Positions 39,734 through 51,139 of a DNA stretch of 64,000 bases are shown here, piece by piece; the first letter of the stretch is position 1, and every line of letters begins with the position of its first letter. The stretch comes from Toensbergia leucococca (Eukaryota). The stretch is from NCBI GenBank assembly GCA_022813965.1, contig JALDZS010000104.1:1-64000 (forward strand). Reading direction: 5' to 3'. The notes beneath the pieces are model-generated. The model did no database searches. It saw nothing but the letters and a program-made list of their open reading frames with translations, and had not been told where the DNA came from. The translations under genes and the position numbers were made by a program.

Positions 39734-40292
39734 TCCCATTTACTCCTTGAACTCTTTACGAGAAGTCGGCCTGGGCATCACGGAATATATGGATTGTTGT
39801 TAGAAGTTTTATTCTAGATGCATCCCCGCCTTGGCTCGCAAGGTCAGGGGCATTAGTATCAATCGACAGGAGTGACGGTGGAATTGCATTATTCATTTCG
39901 CAAGTGATACCATTGAAGCGCAAAGTGCTAGTCCGGCAGAATTTCTAGCACCAGCTAGAAGTTTCAGTGATCTCCTATGACCCGTGATGAAACTTCTCTC
40001 TGGATGGGATCAATTCTCTTCGTCACTGATGCCTGCGCGGATGTAGAGAGGTAGGCAAGATTGAAATTCGCACTTTTACGAAGGTAAGGTTGAGATTGGA
40101 TTGTGACTAGTGATTTATTGCTCGGTGCCGCTTTACCGTGCCACCTTATAAATCTTCAACGGAGGGCTTCTTATTTCTCACAGCAAAGGATCATAAATAT
40201 TTGGGGGAAAAATAAAATCCACTTTTTTAGATTTTCTCGAGTCAAGTATCATACGAGTATGTTTATTCAGGCTCGCCCAGTATCATCTCCCA

Positions 40293-41477
40293 TCAGCCAA
40301 GCATCTCCAGCAAGAATTCCCTGACAATCTTGAGTCCCTCGTCCGCGTTCTCGACTGTATCTCTCGGAAACCCAAGATAGCCATGAGGTGCAGCAGGTAG
40401 TAATCTAACAACGGCTTCCGCTCCGTTCATCTGCCATCTCAAAGCCATCATCATCGTATCATCTAGCAGGCAATCTTCTGTGCCACATGTAAACAGTGCT
40501 GGGGGGAGTTTCAAGCCAGAGAGATCTTGGTAGAATGGAGAGATGGAAGGATGACTACGTTCTTCAGACGAGAGACCAGGACAGAAAGCGTCCATGAAAG
40601 ACATCATAGCTTGGAGATTTAGTAAAAGAGGCTTGGGGAAGTTTCGAGCCTGGGGCAGGAACGAGAGATCGTAGGCGCCGTAATTGAGGACCAATCCCAA
40701 GAAGTGGAAAGCCGGCCTAGATTTGAATAAACGAAAGAGTGTGAGTAATGAGAGATGACCGCCGGCGGACTGTATGCTAAGTGTTGAGCAATACTTCCCC
40801 AAAGACATCGAGGTTTTCGGAAGGACTACTGACCTCGCCCCCCATAAACTTAAGATCAGCACCAAACTCTGACTTTGCATTATCAACGAGCCATTCGGCG
40901 GCATCGAAGCAGTCTTCTGGACCTTTTGGGAAAGGGTTCTCAGGGGCTAATCGATAGCCAATAGATATTACAGAGACATTTGAATCGTTCGCGATGGATT
41001 TAAGGAGAGGATCCTGACTTTCGCCAAGAATGAATATTCTAATATCTCGGAGGAATATTGATGAGGACAGACGACGTACTCAGCTTCGGATTGCACAACC
41101 CAGCCACCGCCATGGATATGCATGTAAACGCCATCATTTTGTCCGCTTTCTGGCTCAAATACACGGCATAGTATATCTCTACCAGAATCGCGAGATGGGA
41201 TCGAGAAAGTTTTCCCAGATTCGATGACAATGGTTTTAGGAAACGGCGTCTCGCCGTTCCTTCGCATCTCACGGAATTTCTCGATACCAACCTTGAAGAG
41301 TTTTCAGCAAGATCTCTCTCTTTCAAAGAGACTTTGATTGAGATGTCACACCTCGCGCCATTTAGGAGTCGTCTTTCCGAGTCCAATCAAATGATCGTTG
41401 AGCTGCTCTGTCGACTTACTCACGGCTTGCAGCCTAAATGGGGAGACATTGATGCTGAGGTCACTGGGCATTGGCAT
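40293..41477 (-). CDS. Alpha/beta-hydrolase, HSL-like (Abhydrolase_3) esterase; 4 exons
   Basis: HIHGGGW oxyanion motif, YRLAPENPFP, nucleophile GGE|SAGG split by an intron, GTEDCLLDD and PHGY. Introns at ~41351-41292, 41079-41018 and ~40830-40770. Confidence 0.9.
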
Positions 41478-41799
41478 TGCGTAGTTTCTTGATGAAGCAA
41501 CGTTGAGATATGATAGAACACTACATGACAGAGAGTGGTCATAATGGCGGTTTAGTTCTCACAAAACAGCTCTGACGACAGTACGGAGTAAGCTACTCCG
41601 TAAAGCGAAATCACCTCGGAGGTGGGTTTAAGAGCGTTATCTCCGTCAGGCTCTGTAGGCAATCTCAACTTCCGAGGGCGATGAACCTATTACGGAAGAA
41701 TGCGACTCTACGTTATGTCTCCAACAACTACCTCGTTCGGTCTTTTCCGTACAAATAATCGAGTCGTGCGAGCGTTTTGCCCACTATGGCTCTCAGGGC

Positions 41800-42450
41800 T
41801 GTGATGTTCATACAGAACTTCTATCACAATTCAATCAATTTACTAGATTCAATTACTATTTCAGTAGAGATCATGTATGTTGAGTAAAAACTCAAAAATA
41901 AGCTCTCAGATTATCAAGCAAGAAAGAATAAACTGTGATATATCAATTCTGACTCTTCAATATTGCATTTTTAGTTTTAGGTTTAATATTCTATTAACAT
42001 AGATATTATCACTGCTACATTAGACAACTTTCACTGTCTCTCAGCAGTCTTTATGTAAATGTTGTAAATGTCTCATATTACTTGTCTCTATTGTGTGACT
42101 TACTTTTCACTCTTAAGTATTGCGCAGTGAGCGTTTTGACAAATAAGCATTTTGAATAGCATTTAAGATCTTCTCTCTCTTTGATACACTCAAAATCTCC
42201 TCACATTTTAGACTGTGTATATCATGTATCATGCTTTCACACTTGTCTTATGCCTACATGCTGCGTTGACTGTCATTATCATGATAGTAAAAATCTCAGT
42301 AAAGGTCTTCTAATATCTAAGAATCTTTATCGCATGTTTTTAAGAAGATTCTTTCTCTATGAAGAGAAAGGAGCATATGTCTTTCACCTGTGTCTGCCTA
42401 TTTTGCAGCAGCTCAGGGATGGTGAGTCAGTCTCCTTCTTTTAGGATATT
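41800..42450. other. Short RIP-like degenerate segment of unknown origin between the esterase and the HeLo gene
   Basis: Abrupt AT-rich, CpG-poor, TCA/TGA-rich patch resembling the TE islands. No TE motif recognised. Confidence 0.45.
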
Positions 42451-42546
42451 TTCATCGAACGAGATATTGCTTGCAAGTCTTTCGACACATTTACTTGGCA
42501 TCACTTATAACAATGAGCTTTGAAGAAGCTATGACGATAACAGATG

Positions 42547-44280
42547 TTAAAGCAGTATCACGTCCAGGTGTGTGAGTATCTGAAAGACTAAGTAATGTAG
42601 CACTTTTAGAGTTGGAGTGAAGAAGTCTTACTTTCTCTATATACCGGACACCTACTTCGATGCCATCTTCGTCTTCTAATTCATCTTGATCACCGAAGCG
42701 TTCGTTATCGGTGTCCAAACAGGTCAAGCACGATAAAACTACTTCCGCATATCTTTGCCCCATCATTGCTGGGAGTTGATCTGTAGCAAGAGTAATCAAT
42801 CGTTTCTTGAGAAGCTTAGCGCGCCCAGGTGCGTCTCTACTCGAAAGGAAATCCGAGATTTCGAGACATGGATTTGGGTTTGGAGATGTATCTCCGTCAA
42901 ACGGAATAACAAAAGACGTCCTTAAGCCAATCTCGAGCAGCACGACTCCAAGCGAGTAGATATCATGCTGCATGACGAAATACTGCTCTGGTTGCAAACC
43001 TTGGCGTGTGGGATGGCGATATAAATCGCGCTCCCAAAGGCCATCTCCAAATTTCATTGATTGCGATCCATCGGCTCGAAATCTCTCGTATCCTACCAGG
43101 TATGGCCTGCCAACAATATGCTTTGTATCTTCGAAGACTAAAATGTTTTCTGGCCTGATGTTCTTGTGTACGAAACGGGAAGTATGAACAAAAAAGATTG
43201 ATCTTGCAAGAGACTTTGCTAAGGTAAGCAGTTCGTTGAGGGAGACGGAGGGATTCGATGTTAAGAGAATATCACGTAGGCTCCGAGGTTTTGTCAGAGA
43301 CTGCGGCACAGCAAAAACAAAGTCGAAATGAGCTACCCTTTCTTTGGGCCTAGGATCAATCCTTGTCCCTGTATCTTCTTTCAAAACCTTGATGACTCCG
43401 CAACAAACCAACAAACCAAAGCGAATAGGGTCAACAGTCCTGAGAACTTGTGCAAGTTCACGGACTCCTTTCATAATACCGACAGCTTCGTCTTCGGAAT
43501 GTGGGCGTACCGAGTCTAGTATAACGATGTGCCTAGACTGTTCTAATGTTCCTAGTCGAGAGGAAGAATGGGCAATACTACAGGTATTAGGAGAGACGGC
43601 GGCGTCAGTGATGAAAACGGAAGTCATGCGATGCCCTGTGGAAGCACCAATTGCTTGACGAAGTTGGTCAACCTCCCCACTTCCAAGTTGTTTGAGAGAA
43701 GATGGCGGTGGAAGGGCTTCGCGAAGCTCCTTCATTTGCGACAAAGAGCCCTTTTCAACCGTTTCAGCCGGTGCAGTTCTCAAATTGCGGTCAATTAGAG
43801 AGGCGCTAATGCGACCAACAAGGAAGTAGCTAGGATCAAAGATGTCTTGCCATTTGTTTAATTCTTCGATTGTCTGAGCAAGATAGTCTTTGACAGATAT
43901 GGCAAATTTGAGCTTCTTCAACTTTCCACCCTTCCCAACAATACCCTCGAATATAATGACGGCATCATGGAGCTTCGTTTGTAGTACGTGTAGCAAGCGA
44001 TTCTGCAGTAGCTGATGGCTTTCGCTCAATGTATCCCAGATGGCGCGGAGGAAATCGAGTTGTATTTCCGTCCTAAACCATAAGGTCTGCACAAACAACA
44101 TCATCTCGCCGACATCAGTTTCTGCGGTCTTATAACTGCGGTACATGTCGGTGAGGATCTTGCCATATCTGTTTCCAAGTCTGGTGAGGATGCTTTGCTG
44201 CACGAGGAATTGGATGGGGCTGACTTGATACACAGATCGACAGTACCCAAGGCACCAAACACCACGCCGCTAACATCCAT
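42547..44280 (-). CDS. HeLo (HET-S/LopB-type) domain plus kinase-like pseudokinase protein, ~541 aa; exons 44280-44225, 44168-42632, 42579-42547
   Basis: The N-terminal Gly-containing hydrophobic helix MDVSGVVFGALGTVDLCIK|YGKIL is followed by a helical domain ending KLKFAI...LNKWQDIFDPSYF. The C-terminal kinase C-lobe LAKSLARSIFFVH...VHKNIRPENILVF...LYRHP...HDIYSLGVVLLEIG has HRD>HKN, no DFG and no G-loop. Splicing gives an intact frame ending ILTHLDVILL*. Confidence 0.85.
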
Positions 44281-44943
44281 CCTTCTGAAAACACGTCTCG
44301 CCACGGGCGTATTTTGGCACCTTCAATCGCCTCTCTACCAATGTTAAGACCGAGGCCAGAGAACGATGATAGACATAAGGCTACGGATAGCTAACATGTA
44401 TTAGACGCGGGCAGTTGTCACAGCTGGATCTGAGGTTTCATGGAAACTGGCGCTGTAGTGGTGTCGTGTAGCCTTAGCTATCCGCTCGAGAGGTCGAGTC
44501 TAGGTAATTCAGAGAGGTTTCGTTCTGTGTGCTGCGTGGGGTGAAAAGGCTCTTCATCCTTAAGGTACCTACGGAGTACCCTGGCACCTCAAGCGGCACT
44601 TACCTACCAAGACTATCCGTAGGTAGCTAGATCACAGCTATTCTAGAAATACCTTAGCCCCAAAGAGCTTAGCCCACCTAGCCGCTTCTGAGGGACTGAG
44701 GCTCAGGCAACCCACTCTCCACCCTATCTAAGACTCGAATCAACCTTCATTTACTCTGTACATACATGAGGACTAGAGCATCGTGCTCTGTTCCTCTTCA
44801 GCCTTGCCTGTGTAGCATTAGTTCTTCCAGACTTCTTACCAACGAATCACACCTGACCCGTGACGGCTGTTCGTTGACTTATGCTTCTTGTGAGCTTGCA
44901 GCCTTGCGCTGCATCGTGGTCTCCATCATAGATTTATGCCGAA

Positions 44944-47296
44944 ATGTCTACCGATTCCGACTTGATCGATTTCTTTAAACTCAACGCAACTTTCAATCCT
45001 ATCACCGCTTCGACCTGTGAGACTATCCAGACTTCCGATCGAATACGACGCAAACGACAGATTACTATCGTAAAAGAATGGAAGAGAACCAAAAAGCTTG
45101 GTCATGGAGCATTTGGGACCGTGTGGCTGGAGCACGACCACGAGGAGAAAGAGTCAAGAGCTATAAAAGAGATATCAAAAGGGACCACCACAACCCCTTT
45201 GAAGATGGATTACAAACGAGAATTGCTGGCCTTGAGTCGATTGTCAAAGGTGAGCAGCACGTAGCATTACAAATATTTTTGACCTTTGACAATGTCACAC
45301 CATCAGGACGTTTTCGTACATTTTTTTTGGATGGTTTGAGACTAATGACTCTGTCTTCCTTGCCATGGAATATTTTGAGCTCGGCGACTTAGAGAGATAC
45401 ATCACTCCCAAAATGACCGAGGGGGATGCGAAGATAATCATCGGACAGATTTTAGAAGGGCTTAAAATCTTGCATGATTACAATTGGGCTCATCGCGATC
45501 TCAAACCTCAAAATATCTTTGTTGTTCAAGACGCTCCACACTGGTGGGTAAAAATAGGTGATTTCGGCATTAGCAAGCGCATTGGCGGTGGTCAGAGTGG
45601 TATACGGACTGTGGTTGGAACTCCTGACTATATTGCCCCTGAAATTTTCCCCTTTCTATTGAGTGACAATGACGAAGACAGTGATGATGAAGAGGCATCG
45701 CAATACACTGTGGCTGTTGATATTTGAAGCCTTGGATGCGTGTTGTTTCGTCTTCTTACTCAACAGTCACCGTTTCCATCAGTGAAGGCTTTGCGGGCAT
45801 ATTGCCGATCGAAAACAAAGCTACCTACGAAAACTCTATATGAAAACAATGTGAGCGAAGATGGTGTCGCACTTCTCCTAGGAATGATGAAGCCTCATCC
45901 TGCAGATCGTTTAAATGTTACTGCCGCCCTGATTCATCCTTGGACCTGTATACAAGAGTCTGGATTACAGGAGCCCGTGCAAGTTCGGCAGAGTATCACG
46001 GGAGAAAGTCATAAACAGGACATAGAACAAGAGCTTGATCCACCATTAGCAGATTTGTGTATTGAGCCTTATGTCTCTGCTTCCTTCAATGTTGACGATG
46101 GCACTTTTGGAAATGATCAATCGAGTTCAAGCACTATCGTCCCATATCTTGTTACGAATCACAACCTACCGCACCATAGAACGGATTATTTGGAACCTGT
46201 TGTCGACTCAGCCGACTTACATCATACTGATACTCTTGCTACAAATTCAACTACGAAAGCTCAGTCTTCGCCGCTGTTCCCGTTCCTAGATCCTGACAAT
46301 CTCTTTTCTAAGCCTGCTGAGGTCGAAGACATGGTGCAAGAACTTGCGCGGCAAATAGAAATCTTGGGTGTGAAGCACCCTGATACTCTGCAGGCAATGC
46401 ACAACCTCGCTGTATCCTATCGTAAGCTCACTCAATATAAGGAGGCAATACAGCTAGGGGAAAAGGTGCTTGAGGCGCGGAAGTGCGTGCTAGATGAGGA
46501 GCACCCTGACACTCTTGAAGCTATGAACAACCTCACCATCACCTACAGTCAAGCTGGCCGGCATCAGGAGGCAATACAGCTAGGGGAAAAGGTGCTTGAG
46601 GCGCGGAAGCGCGTGCTAGGTGAGGAGCACTCTGACACTCTTGTAACTATGAACATCCTCACCATTACCTACCGTCACACTGGCCGGCATCAGGAGGCAA
46701 TACAGCTAGGGGAAAAAGTGCTTGAGGTGCGGAAGCGCGTGCTTGATGAGGAGCACCCTGACACTCTTGAAGCTATGAACAACCTCACCATCACCTACAG
46801 TCACACTGGCCGGCATCAGGAGGCAATACAGCTAGGGGAAAAGTTGCTTGAGGCGCGGAAGCGCGTACTGGGTGAAGAGCACTCTGACACTCTTGAAACT
46901 ATGAAAACCCTCATCATGATTTACACTCACGCTGGCCAGCGTCAGGAGGCAGAACAGCTAGAGAAAGAGATGCTGGAGGTGCAGAGACGTACGAAGGGCG
47001 AAAAGCACCCTGACACTATTCAATCTATTGCTCGATACGACGATAGCCGTCTACGAAGGTGGAACACTAGGCTTCACCTTGGCCCCTTCATATTCCAAGC
47101 CCCCATCAACTACCCCACCATCCCAGCCCCCAACAGAACAAGTCATCCTGAATTCCCATCCAAACCACGCAAGCGACGTCCCCTCTCACCCCTTCCAAAA
47201 AAAGGAAGATCACCCCAAACTGGGCATCATAATCCACCAACACAATCGTCCTCATCGCCGCCATTACCATTCGATCAACCGTCACGCCGACACTGA
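44944..47296 (+). pseudogene. Ser/Thr protein kinase fused to C-terminal 42-aa TPR repeats; intron 45250-45306; apparent +1 frameshift in T8 (45321-45328) and TGA at 45725-45727
   Basis: Kinase motifs LGHGAFGTVW, RAIK, AMEYFELGDL, HRDLKPQNIF, KIGDFGISK, GTPDYIAPE and DI*SLG (cf. DIWSLG) are followed by HPDTL...EAIQLGEKVLEARKRVLGEE repeats of the kinesin-light-chain/TPR_10-12 type seen in fungal NLRs. Confidence 0.85.
46376..47020 (+). repeat. Coding tandem repeat with 126-bp unit (5 units plus start of a sixth), high DNA-level identity
   Basis: Units begin at 46376, 46502, 46628, 46754, 46880 and 47006. The string ggaggcaatacagctaggggaaaa recurs verbatim four times. Confidence 0.95.
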
Positions 47297-48068
47297 AGCC
47301 GCCGCCGCCATTTTCCGCCGCCTCCATTTTCCGCCGCCTCAGATATGAGGACGATGCTTGCGAAGCTGGGCGCAGAACGCTTGGCCTCAGTAAGTGAACC
47401 GTGACTGACACTGAGGATATGAGCGTGAGGGCTCTTTGGGGCTGTTGGAGCGGAGGGCTTTCGCGGGGACGGTAAGGCCGTTTTTGTGAAGGGGCTGGTG
47501 TGAGCGAGGAGGAGAGCGGGAGTGGGATTGGATGGGTTTTTTTGAAGGTGGGGGTTAGGGGACTTTGAGGTGGGAAGGGAGGAGGAGGAGTTTTTTCAAA
47601 GGGGGGTGGCGAATTGAGGGGGCGTGCGCGGTTTGTGATGTTGATGAGCTCTTAAGGTGTTTTTCTTCAAAAGTACTCTAGAGGTGAAAATCACCGTTCC
47701 CTATGGCCGTTCAGCATAGATGTTTGTCACGCTCAACCTTCCTCCCCCTGAGCTGACGATCAAGATCAGCAGGTCAAGACAAACGCTTTACCGCATTACA
47801 CAATTCTCACTTCGGTTCCAGCTCTCGGCTCAACCTCGCCATTCCTTCAACTTATCCGTCTCCTGACTTTTGATTACCTCATATATGTACATACTTCAAT
47901 CCCAACCACTTCAATGGATCATCTCTTCTAGACCCTCAATCTTTCGTCCCAAAACCCTCTTCGTAGAATGCGTCCAGCCCCAGAATCCAGCACTTTCGTC
48001 TCCTTTTCTACCCTCACCGTATAGTCTGTCAGCCTGCAAATCAACTGTAAATACGGGGTTGCAGGAGC

Positions 48069-50446
48069 CTAATCTGACCAGGGATCGTATCCTGTACTCG
48101 GATGTGGCCATCCCAGGTCCTCCGCGATATCCGACCAATAGAGAACCTCACTCTCGTCCTCGTCAGAGTCTTCGTCGACATGAGTATGCCTGGACTTGAC
48201 CCTCGAAGTCTCAGGCTTAGGTAGTTTTTTCTCCATCGCCTCTATGAGTTTCGCCGCCTTCTCCCTCTCTTCTTTCTCTCGCCTTTCTTCTTTCTTTCGC
48301 CTTTCCTTCTCTTGCATTTCTTCTTTCTTTCGCCTTTCCTCCTCTCCCGTCACTCTCCCCCAGTCTTGAAGCCCCTTCGGATTCTGCATACACCACAGAA
48401 CCACTTCCCTAGCAGCTAATGCATCCTCCAAACAATCATGGCCTTTACGTCCCTGGGTTTGGATGTCAATATCCAGGAATTGATTGCATAACGTTTTTAA
48501 GGCCCATGAACGTGTACAGCTCGGCATCACGGCCTTACGAGTCAAGATGGACGAGTCAACGATAAGGGGGTGAATTAGTCGCAGCACCTCCAAGTCGTGC
48601 TGGAGGGCATGGCCGACGAGGATGGTATCAGCGTCAATATACTCCCATAATGCGTTGCGCGCTCCCTTCCATCCATTCAAGGCCGTACCCTCTGCTGTGG
48701 CAGCAGCCATTGCTCGCGCTGTGACTCCACTGTATCGTGTCCGCCAATCGACGACACTATTTTTAGGGCTCACAAGACTGTTGATAAGGGTGTCGCCGGT
48801 GAGATAGTTGGCTACGCAGAGAAGAATTACTTCGCTCGCTCCCCCTTGAACGCCCGCCATTTCGCAGTCTAGTGTCACTGCCTGAAGCTTTGGGACTTGG
48901 GGAGATGGCGAGGGGGTTGGAGCATATTCCCGGTACTTGGCAACTATCCTGGGGTCTGGGGCCATATATACGTGGTCGGTGAGAGATTTGCAGCCACGAT
49001 CTTCTTTTCCACAGCAGCGATAAGGTCGAGATCCATTGGGCTGCTTCTGCGCAAATCGATTTCTTAGAAAAGGTGTAGAAAATCATAAGTCTGAAGCATT
49101 ACATACTTCGTGTCTACTTCCAGAATGAAAGACACATTCGCTTTGGGCTCGATGTTGGATGTTTTTGTGCAGCGCTGAATCATTTTAGTTTTTACGGACA
49201 CCAGATGTGTCAGGCTGAACATACCACCACAGTTCACGCACTTGCGTAGACCAGCAACATCGTCCGGCCCATACGGGCGGAGGATATACTTGTGATCTTG
49301 TAGACGATCAGGCGAGTGACAGTTTTCTCTAAGTATTTCGAGTTCGATTAGCTGCTTAGAGACCGATATAGCTGACCAGCAGCTGCCTCCATTCTGGCCA
49401 CTGCGCACTATCTCTTTGTCAGCGTCTAAAAGAATCTGGCGTTTCGAGATACCAGCCATTACTGAGTCAGCTTGCTGCAAGTACGAAGACTGAGGCTCAG
49501 TGTAGATGCGGTGGTCCGGAGCTTGGGGTTGTAAGGCGATGAATGCTGAAGCTAATACATTTTTGGATTCTCCGGCCTGTTTGTAACTTCCATGTCCATA
49601 TTGTATTGTGCTCGATATGGTGCCAGAAATTGGAGTTCCTGATTTCTCTGCCTGTTTCCTCTGCAACTTCACCTCCTTTCTGTGGATTTTTGAATTTTCT
49701 ACATGCAATTGTAGCGCTTTCGCTGTCTTGAATTCGCGCTCACAAAGAACACAATTAACTTTGGTATTACTCGGTTGAATCAATGCCACAACATTCTGCG
49801 CTGTACCTGTGTTTTGGAGCTCAGGTACGAAATCGCTCAAAGCCGGTGGAGAAACATTGACAAGCTCCTGACAGTATTTTGATGTTTGTAATCTTTTCAG
49901 TGTTTCTTTGTGGTCTTTGCTCGTCCTAAGGTGTGCCTGGAGCCCACCTTCCTTGTTAAATTGGCGACTACAAATTTCGCAATAGAGTGAAGTGATACTG
50001 GGCTCAACGTGGTTCACTGATGGTCCAACGATGGGGGTATTCCTGATCCCATGGACCGAAGGGCTCAAAGCTTTTGCCTCAGCTTGCGTAATAAGCTTTT
50101 GAACGCTGAGCTCCCTTTTGTGACTTTTGGATGTTTTGATATGCATCTGGAGAGCTTCCTCTGTTATGAACCCTCGCCTGCAAGTGTCGCAGTGTAAGAC
50201 ACTAGATTTCGACGGAGTTGTTGCAAAATGACTTTTGAACGCAGTACTCGGCCTTCTTTCGCTGGAGGAAGTAGTAAAAGCTTCCGTGGGCTTCCTTGTA
50301 AGTCCAATGGCTAGGGCGTGTACTTGCTGCTTGCCAACCTTGTTCCTATGAGAAAGTGAGCTTCTAGTATGCATCTCGAGTGCTGCCTCGTTGGCAAAGT
50401 CGCGGGTACAAATAGCGCAGTGGTGGATAGCCATCTCTATTCTCAT
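48069..50446 (-). CDS. DEDDh RNA exonuclease (Rex3/REXO1-like) with four N-terminal C2H2 zinc fingers, ~755 aa; exons 50446-49225, 49174-49107, 49046-48069
   Basis: Exonuclease motifs VTLDCEM, LVGHALQHDL and GHDCLEDA, preceded by the Cys/His region CVNC...CVFH...RCCG...GC...HV. Fingers: CAIC..HTRSSLSH, CDTC..HIKTSKSH, CEIC..HLRTSKDH, CVLC..HVENSKIH. The proposed introns keep the frame. Confidence 0.85.
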
Positions 50447-51139
50447 CTGCCGGCTAGGATGTAGGGAATGATATGAGTCACGGCACTGAACGAATATTTG
50501 ATATCGTCAATGTGACTGTCCTCTAGCAATTGTGTTGAGGAAGATTTATGCGGGGCTTAGAGGCCTTGCAGATAACACCTTTCCCTTTTGTCCTTTTTGC
50601 ATATCACTTGAGCGGCTTCCCGCCAAGGTATTGCTTGCCAGGATTCCTCTTGATTGGGGAGAGTACGAGTAGTAGTATTGCAAGGAACACATGATGTCGC
50701 CATAAAAGATCTCTTGCTCTGTAACAGCGTGGCCTAATATGTGACATAAATACTGCCGTTTCACCGCCTGCACCTTCTATCGCGTTCAGAACCGAACCAT
50801 GAAAATATCTGATTTGACTTTTCTTGCTCGAGGCGTATCTGAGTTGGAAAACAGAGGAAATAGAGTCAGTTATTCTGTCGACGGAGGCGCAGTTTACAGA
50901 TAAGAAGTGGATCATCAGGACAAAGAATAGCTAATCAACCTCTGATTCACTGCGAGATGTGTCTCCATATGTACCGTAGAGCAAAGACTTCAAACGAGTC
51001 TTTGTTTGTGTTACCTTTAGGGCTTGCTGCCTAGAGTTTGCCTCACTACATGGCCTCCACAAACACGGCATCAACATCAATACTCAGGCCTTGCTATCAT
51101 AAGCAGCGTGCTTTCAAAACCTACCTGTGGTCTACAACC

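Noticed and set aside
43560..43740. Possible amyloid signalling motif after the HeLo domain
   Set aside because: No HET-s-like pseudo-repeat or RHIM-like G/N/Q motif is visible in either gene of the pair; only a weak duplicated helix (LSQMKELREAL / VDQLRQAI).
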